Assembly (NCBI RefSeq): GCF_963853765.1
Contig: NC_088858.1
Coordinates: forward strand, 39,184,001 to 39,248,000
Direction: 5' to 3'
DNA length: 64,000 nucleotides
DNA from: Magallana gigas
Taxonomy: Eukaryota
Shown here: positions 38,611 through 48,411 of the stretch, one piece after another
Layout of the letters: each line of letters starts with the position of its first letter
Position numbering within the stretch: the stretch's first letter is position 1
The notes under the pieces: model-generated
Told to the model about the DNA's origin: nothing
Seen by the model: only the letters and a program-made list of their open reading frames with translations
Database searches by the model: none
Made by a program: the position numbers and the translations under genes

Positions 38611-40079
38611 CTCTGACTTTGCTCTCGCAATGCGGTGAAAAACAACGGGAACTTATTTTGTGCACACTAACTGTAAAACCGTATTAGGAAACGCCTTTAT
38701 TCCGTCTATTGAAATGGGCTGTATTTGCATTAAAAAAAAAAACAATAATGAATTATAAGATTTACAAAGAGGTTATTTTATTTCACAGTATTTTAATTCT
38801 ATTTTATAGAAAACTTGTTTTAAAAGACAAAACATGTTTATTCGAGAGTCACGGTCTGGGGATAATGATTTTGATAAAGAATTGAACAGTTCTAAGAAAA
38901 CATGTCACCTTGTCTATAAATACTTGCACGTATGATTTATCAAATTTAATATATAGTTTTCAAAACTAAACAAAATTGACAAAATGCAATAGCATGAAAA
39001 TTGCGAAATAGTGACATCATCCCTATCTTCGTAGCTTTTCCTTATGGATTCGATGTATAAAATCGGCAACAAAGTCAATGATTATGTATATCTTTGTAAA
39101 AGTAGGTCCATATATTGTCACTACAGTTACAGATTTTGTATCCAGCGACAAAATAGGACAACAGTCAAACAAATCGTATACTTAAGAGGGCTGGTGGTCG
39201 TTGTCATTTTTAGACTACTTTGATCTCATTGAGTGGAAAAGTTATGAATAATATATTCAAATTTTAAAGTTAAGATATTTGTAACTCTTTTCAATAGTGA
39301 CATTTTATTGCTAAAAACACCATATCTTAAATTTTAAGGTATATGTGATGCATACGGGTAATTTGGTGACCATTCAACATCCTTAAGGAGGTAAAATAAA
39401 ACAACATCCAAATCATTAATTATTAAATTTTATTTAATTTCAAAGAAAACATGGCATATAATAAATACAAGTACATTGTGTTAGAACAATTCATTTTCTG
39501 CTTTTGAAATATTTGTTAAAATACAAAGAGTTAAAATATCCAATTATACAGATTATAAATGTACTCGTATAGTCCACTGAAAATGATAACATTTCAATAC
39601 ATAAAGACAGAACACTACAAAAATAATCATCAAACTTGTATTTATAAGGAAAATAGACGTAACAGCTTTAAAACAATCAATCATGAGATATTTTTTTTTA
39701 TTGTTTTAAGATTTATCTTTTCTTTTTTTTTTAATTTTTTTTTTCTTTTAGTTTTTTTTTTAAAATAATATTTTAATTTCTTTTTCATACACATTAATAA
39801 TATGTATACATATTAGCTAAAGTACTACACATTCTAATCTAATCATTTCAGACTTTTTTAATCCCATGGTTTTTTTTTTTGGGGGGGGGGGTGTTTTTGA
39901 TGGGAAGGGGGTGATAATTCTTTTTAAATCTTGTTCAAAATTAACATCAAAATTATTCTGGATTTTAAATTCAACTAAACATATTGCTTTACACCTGGTT
40001 ATGAAACTTATCAATTTAATTAACACAATTGCAATATTTTCAATGTTTTTTTTTTTTTTTCAGAAACCCCTTTCAGTCT

Positions 40080-43016
40080 TTATCGATGCATAGCATACTG
40101 GCGTTCGAATCTTCTTGACGCTTCCTCGTCCACATAAGTATTGAACGGCTTGGCTCGAGCACGATGCTCCAACAGATCCTCGCTTCTCTTCTTGTCACGA
40201 CCTTTCTTGCTCCTCTTGACGTCACCATTACAACTACAGGCCTGACCAAAATCTAACGGAGGCAGCACGACTCTCTCTGAAGGCACTTCCGGGAAAAGTG
40301 GGACGGGTTGTCCTCGAACTGGTCCATATCCCGGAACGTACCCCACAACCGGCCTCTGTGTCCGGCCATGTTTGGGCTGATGCTCGATGACAGGAAATGA
40401 CGTATTGCTGGAGGTGCGCTTTCTCCCTCCAGGACAAGCTTGTCCGACGTCTTCCTTCATCACACGGACAGCTCCATATCCGGGAACGTAACCCACCGTG
40501 GTTTTCTTTTTAGCGTTGGACGGCTTACGTCGAACGTGCTCGTTTTCATCAGCATAAGAAGATCTCTTTCCGGCCTTCCTTTTGGTTTTCTCCTTTATTC
40601 TTTTGTATTCGGGAACCTGATCCAAGTTATCATAGACGTGTGCAATGCTAGGATGCATGTGTGTGAGACAATACCCGGGGTGGTAGCCTGATTGACTCTG
40701 AACCAGATCATTGGAGGTAGGATGACTAAGATATCCAAAATCTACATCTGATCGCGTGCTGCTGGGATAAACTCGTCCAATGTCTGCTGCCAATTTTCCA
40801 TGCACCGTGTCCATGTGCCAAGCGTGGATCTCTCTATTGGTCATGAAGTTGAGGCGAGGTGTGTTGTCGGGGTCTCCCTCAGTATGATCATGTGTGACAG
40901 ACGATCTTTGTTTGACATCGTGGTTGGCACACACAATTTCAGTCTTAGACACCGGAGCAAAGGGAACAACCCTATTATCGGCAGGCGACGCACTTTCTTT
41001 TGTTTCCTCATCATCCATCGGTTCGAAGTCATCTTCATATGTAAAATTGTCTTCATTGTGACAAGGGTTTTTCTCAGTGATGGGGACTTCGGTGTTGACA
41101 TTCGTTTCTTTTCGTGTGTTAATTTTGAGTTCATCTTTGTCTCCATTTTTGTTGATTTGCATTTTAGTGACTTTTTCAGTTTTCTTTGCAGTCTTGGCAG
41201 TAAGACCCCCGTTCCGTTCGAGTTTGCGTTTTGCTTCATAGGACTTTCTTCTTTCTAGAGCATTCATTTGAGTGTTTTCTTCTTTCTTTTGTCCTGCTTT
41301 TGGGACACTTGGTTTCTTTGTTGCTTTTTTAACGATTTCATTGGATCCCTTGATTTTTTTACCAGACACATTCTTAGCGCTTTCGTTGACACTAGTATCG
41401 GGGTTCTCAAATTTCTCATTGGATAGTCTCTTTGGATTATCCTTTGCTTTAGTATTCGCAGGCTTTGTGACTTCCGGCGTGACAGATCGTATTGGTATTT
41501 TGCTTGATCGACTAGATGAGACTTTCATTGAAGTCTGGGATGAACTTGATGTTTCTGAAGCAAGTTTGGATGACTTGTCTTTTGTGTCATCAATCATCAT
41601 TTGTTTGTATGCATCCTCAGTTGATGTAGGAGCGGCGAAACCAACACTTGACACTGTGGACGACACTTGTGAACTGTATCCCGTTTTTCTCTCACATCGC
41701 TCTATTTCAGTGTCTACTGATTTGCTGTGTACTTTATTACCGAAATGTCCGCTTTCAGATTTCGTTTTTCTGTATGCGATAGGCGGGGAAGCTTGTCCAA
41801 TTTTGTCCTCATTGCGTGTGACCAGTGCAACGTCCTTGTCACGTGGCGTTCTGGTTCTGACTGGAATATGGCTTGTTCTGCTTCTACTAGAGGCACACTC
41901 TTTTCCAATAGAAGTGGACGATTCATTGTTTTGTGGCTTTGGTTGATCCAGCAGTAAAGTATTATTATCCTGCTTTGAACCGGACTGAATTGATTTTGTA
42001 CGGTCTCGGATATTTTCAAAACTCCTGCCCTCAGTAGTTCTTGGGGTACTCTGGATACTCTGTATAGAAGGTGATGAGGTTTGTCTAAAAGAAGGCGATG
42101 GAGTATGTCTATGTTTGTTCATTCCGGATTCTAGAACGCGTCCTCTAGAACTGACACTGTTAGCTGACGTAACACGCTGTCCATGTGCTGGTGTTCCACT
42201 CCTCGTCAAGTTTCTCGATACTGAACTGGCCGATCTTGAAGTAGTTGCAATCTCTGAATGGGCGCTTCTTGCACGAGAACTAACACGGCTACTTTTGCTC
42301 GAGTTTCTGTTTTCTTGGGATGATTTTTCATTCCTTTTGTTGAGGGACTTTGCTGATTTGACGACTGAACGCTCAGTGTTTGCTGTAGATACGACAGAAA
42401 CCCGGTCGCCATCACTTGGGCTAAGACCATCGTTCTGTTCAATTCTTGATTCGTTGCTGGCAGAACTTCTCACAGGGTTGCTCTTGGTTGAGTTTCTGCT
42501 CTCTTCTCCTCTTGTGTTGAGAGAATTTGCTAGTTTGGTGACTGAACGCTCTGTGGCTGTTTTTGATAAGGCAGAAGCTCGGTCACCATTAGATGATTTT
42601 CTGCTATTTAACTGTCCTACTCTTGATCCGTTGCTGGCAGACGATCTGCCACTAGCTGGGCTAGCTGGAACTGATTCATTTAGATCGCTGCTTCTTCGGA
42701 TACAGCGGCTTGAGAGCTCGCTGTATACACGTGCAGCCACTATCTCATCTTTTAGTACACCACTCCTTCTTAGGTCATTGCAAATCTGGCTGCACACGCG
42801 CTCAATGATGGACACTACAGAGGATAATTCCTCGGTTGGTCTGGGTGTATCGTTTTTTCTCTGGGCACTGAATGCCTGAACACGACCATCTCTGGAGTCC
42901 TTATTGGGCGAAGTAATTCTGGGGCTTTCTCCATTCCAAGCAATACCCGGAATTCTAATAGAACACTCCGACTCGGTAAAGTTTGGGGTGTAATTTCCTT
43001 CCACAGGAAATTCCAT
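40080..43016 (-). CDS. Uncharacterised 978-aa Ser/Arg/Lys-rich, largely disordered protein, copy 1 (single coding exon)
   Basis: 2.9-kb uninterrupted ORF with a paralog at 48412-51381 whose indels are all in frame. A putative 5' UTR intron lies at 43411-43078 (GTAAGT...TTTCAG on the minus strand), and it is conserved in copy 2. Confidence 0.85.
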   Translation of the reverse strand: MEFPVEGNYTPNFTESECSIRIPGIAWNGESPRITSPNKDSRDGRVQAFSAQRKNDTPRPTEELSSVVSIIERVCSQICNDLRRSGVLKDEIVAARVYSELSSRCIRRSSDLNESVPASPASGRSSASNGSRVGQLNSRKSSNGDRASALSKTATERSVTKLANSLNTRGEESRNSTKSNPVRSSASNESRIEQNDGLSPSDGDRVSVVSTANTERSVVKSAKSLNKRNEKSSQENRNSSKSSRVSSRARSAHSEIATTSRSASSVSRNLTRSGTPAHGQRVTSANSVSSRGRVLESGMNKHRHTPSPSFRQTSSPSIQSIQSTPRTTEGRSFENIRDRTKSIQSGSKQDNNTLLLDQPKPQNNESSTSIGKECASSRSRTSHIPVRTRTPRDKDVALVTRNEDKIGQASPPIAYRKTKSESGHFGNKVHSKSVDTEIERCERKTGYSSQVSSTVSSVGFAAPTSTEDAYKQMMIDDTKDKSSKLASETSSSSQTSMKVSSSRSSKIPIRSVTPEVTKPANTKAKDNPKRLSNEKFENPDTSVNESAKNVSGKKIKGSNEIVKKATKKPSVPKAGQKKEENTQMNALERRKSYEAKRKLERNGGLTAKTAKKTEKVTKMQINKNGDKDELKINTRKETNVNTEVPITEKNPCHNEDNFTYEDDFEPMDDEETKESASPADNRVVPFAPVSKTEIVCANHDVKQRSSVTHDHTEGDPDNTPRLNFMTNREIHAWHMDTVHGKLAADIGRVYPSSTRSDVDFGYLSHPTSNDLVQSQSGYHPGYCLTHMHPSIAHVYDNLDQVPEYKRIKEKTKRKAGKRSSYADENEHVRRKPSNAKKKTTVGYVPGYGAVRVMKEDVGQACPGGRKRTSSNTSFPVIEHQPKHGRTQRPVVGYVPGYGPVRGQPVPLFPEVPSERVVLPPLDFGQACSCNGDVKRSKKGRDKKRSEDLLEHRARAKPFNTYVDEEASRRFERQYAMHR

Positions 43017-43691
43017 AGTTAGATATATGTTACGTTGATTGACTTTAAAGGTTGATTAACTTTAAGAGAAACAAGGCCTGAAATAGAAATAAGAGATGAT
43101 TTGGACTACTTATATTTAACCATATAAGCTACATGTATCTTTATTCAAAATAATTATGCATGTAAAGTGTTGAGGAATTTTAACATGCGTGTATCGATTA
43201 ACAAGTTAAATAAATTATGGATATTTACCGTAATTATATATGAAACGGTGGCAGTGGAAGAAACTTCCTATCACGTTGTAAATATTATTGAAAAAGACGA
43301 CTCTAACAAAATTAGTTATTTTACATAGAATACGTATCTATAACACTGTTTGAACTTTCTATGTCTGTCTATAACTTTCATTCATTTTGATACAAATGAA
43401 ATTTTACTTACCTAATGAATGCGACTAAAGGGTTGTTTGTTGTACTCCTTATTCTTCTTTTAAATCTCCGCTTCTATCCAATGAGTTTTTGGTGATTTTC
43501 TCAGATGACGAGACTAAATGAATGATAAGCTCAATTTTTCAAGCTCTGTGATGAATATACCACGATCTAAATCGCAAAATGATTGGTAAAATCTGACGAG
43601 GCAGTAAGTTACCAACCGGCGGTTCCAAGATGACTTCTTAGAATGATTGTGACGTAGCTTTAATAAACAAGTGATCAAAGGAACAAAGACA

Positions 43692-43717
43692 TGACGTCAA
43701 AGAACATTGTGGCGTCA
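43692..43717. promoter_or_regulatory. CRE/ATF sites (TGACGTCA 43692-43699, TGGCGTCA 43710-43717) upstream of orphan copy 1
   Basis: One exact and one single-mismatch CRE palindrome, plus TGACG half-sites at ~43594 and ~43650. They are positionally conserved in copy 2. Confidence 0.5.
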
Positions 43718-45789
43718 CAGAAAAATCTCTATCCAGAGTTATCGTTCCCACTTTGCTCCTCTGTGTTGTAGCGCGGTGTAATACGCAATGGATTGCCAAA
43801 TGTTTTAACGGTAGTAGCATTGATAGAAAGTATGTACACGTGTTGTTGTATTTTACAATGAATTATGTCATAACAGATAAATCGAATATCTTACTGTTTG
43901 TCCATGACATTATTGTCAATTTTTTCAATGAACATGAACTAGTGGCAAATAATCTGTGATTTAAAAAATAAACTCTGAAAGGTTTTCCCGAGTAGTTTAA
44001 GTATTATGTAGCGGTAGCGGGGGGGGGGGGGGGGGTGAGCTGTAAATTCCATATCAAAATTTGTAACAATGAATTATTCTATTGGTATAAACAAGGATAA
44101 CAAATATCTGTTCATAAATGTCGATGCAAGTAAAACCTAGTCAGAGGCTTTTATTTAATGCACAACTACAAAAGTGTAGTCTAATCAATGCTCTGTACAG
44201 TTTAAGTAATTTTAATCATAATGTTTTATATGATCACCTTTATCTTTTAAAAAGATAGATGGATTAGCGCTGTATCCATTTTATACACACAAAGGAAGGT
44301 CCATGATCAACTGGCTTATTTTGATGAAAGTTTCTTTGCTCTGATATTTCAGTATCAAGCCAAATTGACCAATAAAATTTATCGTTGTGCTTCGACGTAA
44401 AATTTTCCCGCTTAAGTGTCGTTTAAATCGGGATTTTCCGTCAAAAAATGAAAAAACACTAAAGAATTACATCAGAAAAGTACTGTATTGTATCCTCTGA
44501 AAAGATATCCTGTTTTTTTAGGGTTATATTTTGTGAGCTTGCCGGAATAATCTATCTGTTAGAAAAGCCTGGGCTACGTTCAAGATCGTAGCAGCTAGCA
44601 TACCCGCTAGGTCGTTTATATATCTAGGTCTATTGAGCGGACCGCTAGATTAGCCGTTACTAGTCTCTGTTTGGATTTGGAAATATTTAACTAAAGACTA
44701 TAATTACATAATTATGTTATTTTGAAGCAGAAATATACATGTTAAAATTCATTAGTCAGCATGACTAATTAAATTGGAATAAAACAGTTACTTCAATTCC
44801 GCTTACGTGAATTAGAATTCTGGAAAGGAAATAGACTGTCCGATTTGAAGAAACTTGAAAAAAGTTATAAAACTGGTCAGTTTTTATATCAAACTGCGCA
44901 TCGTCGTATTGGAAGACTGACCATGGTTATCATCCGCAGATAATCATACCGACTCTAATAGTAGACTGGAGAGGAAATATACTGGCAGAGGTTTGCGACG
45001 GAACCATGAAATTCATAGAGCAAACTTTGCAAAGTAATTAGTAGTTGTGCAGTCATACATCGTATGTACACTGCTACAAGCCTATCTCCTACTACACTAG
45101 TACAGTCATAAAAGTAATGCTGCAAACTAAATGTGCACCCGCATGTTATTATTGTTTTGGAAACTAGATATGTTGTATTTTAATAGATTGTGTATTCACG
45201 TAAAATTAATTTTCCGCTGGCCGACTTTCTTAGCTTTTTAATAAGCTAATCTTGTTATAACTTAAAGGATGAGCAAAATATATCGAAATAAGTTTATTTT
45301 CATGCTTGTTACAAGTAGTATCTAAGGTAGCCTTCTTAATAAATTTGATGCTTAGCACTGATCAGATTTCTACGTTGCGGCTTAGTTAGCTTAATTACAG
45401 TTCAATAGCGAAGCAGCTGCGTAGCCCTGCGCAGAGGCTACAATTTTGAACGCACCCTATATGTTTTATTAGTTCTTCTCTACAATCTGAGCATTACTAG
45501 TATATGACTTAGTTAGTTTTTCTTTAACTTTTACAAGATTTAGACAATGAATTAAGAAACTTCAGAATTCGGATCATAATTTATTTTTTCTGATAAAACA
45601 AAATTATCATCGTACAGTCTAGCTACAGTAGTTTTTCGAGAATGTCCGACCATGAACTCGAGCATACGTATTCCAGAAATATGGATTAACTTAGTTAGTA
45701 GCGCTCGTGGGCGCTAGCGATATAGCCTGTGTTACAGGTAAAGGAATTAATATATGGTGTCCGAATAGTGCCATTTGCATTAGCGCGAC

Positions 45790-46030
45790 ATTGCGTTCAG
45801 ATAAACGCGCCGTCGATCGTACTAACACACATCGTGCCGTCGCGCCAACGCAACTTTGCACAACACACGCTAACACACAACTTTGCGCCATCGCGGTATA
45901 ACACACAATACACCGTCTCGCTAACGCAACTTTGCACAACACGACGTTACGCTAAAACACAAAGCGCCGCCGCGTTAACGCAATTTTGCAGAAATTGCCG
46001 ATATTATAACACGCAAACGCAACTTTGCTA
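45790..46030. repeat. CpG-rich degenerate tandem repeat (core AACGCAACTTTGC)
   Basis: The core or a variant occurs about five times (~45847, 45873, 45925, 45977, 46015) among CA/CG-rich spacers. It is probably the internal repeat of a non-autonomous TE. Confidence 0.55.
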
Positions 46031-48411
46031 ATTTCACTGTCTAGTAGAGATTCGTGTCCGGAAATATTCAGACTAAAGCATGTTGATTGTGATTCATGTG
46101 TTAATCAAATTCTTAATTCACTTAAGCATTAAATTCTTTCTTTTTTTAAACATATAGTCTCATAGCCAAAACGGTGTGTGCATACAACTTGAATAAAAAT
46201 TTGTTAAACACAACCATAAAATATACACCAAATCATTATTCAAACGTAAGAAATAGTTTGAGTTTTCATTTAGATTCATTCCCCTTTTTGTGGGCTTCAG
46301 CTTGCTCGCTATCAACTATACATTATATGCTGGTCTCAAATCGGTGGCGTTACAAATCATGACTGATCGAGATCTTGATAAATATACACGTGCATTTTTA
46401 TCCCGAGAAATGTCGTTTTTCATCTTTTTCCATAATTGCGTTTTATTAACTTCAATCATTTCTATCGTTCATTCCTGCATTCCATTTTATTCCTTTATGA
46501 ATAACATTGTTTATGAGAGCGGCGAAGAGCAAAATATAAATCCGGATATATAAATCGATATGTAAAAGTCAACCCAATAATGTAAAATCCGGATGACGAC
46601 GTAGTGCGATGCTCGGACTACATTAATTCATACTTTTTGCGTATTTTGACTTTTTAACATGTTAAATATGCGTCCATGTTATTAAATAACTCTTGACAGG
46701 GCTTTGTATCGAAATGAGTTATTTAATTATCTATTATTTGATTTGCTTGTTTGGAAATGATGATAACTGTTCGAATTTCCCATATCCGTGTAGATGCTTG
46801 ATTGATTGTTTGTACGATTTGTCCGGATTGTTCAGAATCCATACTATTGTTCTTTGGATTTTCTTTATCTATTAGTTCCAAATATTAATCACTGAAATCA
46901 CTGAAATTGTAAAGGAACTCGCGTAAATAGTTCTTCATATATGTAGCAAATACTGCTACCAGTCTTGCATCACTAGCAAACTGCACACATCATTAAACAG
47001 GATCTACACGAGTGCGATCAGATATACGGCGCAGGTGTTGCATAACCATTCCGTCATTTAAAAACAAAACACACACTCATACACAATTAATAATTAAAAG
47101 AGATAGCGCGATAAATAACAAACAATAACTATGACAGGAACATCACCATATTTATAATATATTCAATATTCATTAGTGAAAAAATTGTCAATCGAAGTGG
47201 GCCTATATTTTCGTGAAAAAAAAATTGAGGAGGCAGCTAGCGTAGGAAAATGAATGTTTCACATTTACATTTTCTTGGGGAAAAGGTGCTTTATTTTAAA
47301 ATTAATTTTACGCTAAATTAAATTTTTGTTATCTAACACGTAATACATATACATCGATATTCTAAACATTGGTTGAATTATGTTGTATTTGTTGATCATG
47401 AATAAAACTAGATTTTTCAGTGAAATTGTGTAAAGGGTATCTGATTATAGAAATATATATAGCACATGACATACTATAGAGACGGAGCACTGATCGAATA
47501 TATTGAAAATGTAAAAGCACATATTGTCGCCGGTTGTGAACACATTTTGCGCCAGCCGACAATGCAACGAAACAAAAACAAATCGTTCATTTAAGAGATT
47601 TGGTAGTCGTAGCCATATTTAGACTATATTGATCTCTGAAAAGAAGAGTTATGGATATATAGAAAACGTTAAATTATCGATAATTCATGATTAAAAACCA
47701 AAATTTTAAATTATCAGGTAGATCTGGAGGTTAATTTGCTGACCATTCAGCCTTATTATGTGGGTAAAATAAAACAACATCCAAATCATTAATTTGTAAT
47801 TTTTCAATTTTATTTTCAAAAGAGAACACGGCATACAAAATATACTAGTGTCATGTGTTAGAACAATTCATGTTCTGCTTTTGAAATGTTCATAATTAAA
47901 ATACGAAGATTTTTAATATCCAATTATATATACACATTATAAATGTATAGTACACTGAAAATAATTCTACTTGGACATATAATGATAGTGCACTACAAAC
48001 AAAACAAACAAAACCCTTGCGGTTATAAAACAACAACAGGTATGACCTACAGCTTGACTTCAATCAATCATGTATTTTTTTTTTATTGTTTTCTGATTTT
48101 TCTTTTGTTTTGTTTTTTTCATAATTTTTTTTTTCAAATGCATGTACTTTAATAATAACGTAATTAATAACGTACATGAATATATGTTCATTTTCAAAAT
48201 AATTGATGGTAAATCTGAAATTCTTAACACTAGCATTGAACATCAGCTGAGGGGTTACACATATCCTCTCTATCTTATTTATTTCTCAGATTTAACATTA
48301 AAATTATTCTTGTTACGTAAACAATTGCGTTACTCCCAGTTATAAAACTTATCAATACAATAAACACATTTGCTATACTTTTAATCTTTCAAAAGAATTT
48401 CCCTCCAATCT

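Noticed and set aside
42115-42879. Long plus-strand ORFs inside the orphan genes (also 41272-41946, 49697-50341, 50438-51223)
   Set aside because: They are antisense shadows of a Ser/Arg/Lys-rich ORF, giving Leu/Phe-rich translations with no splice or promoter support.
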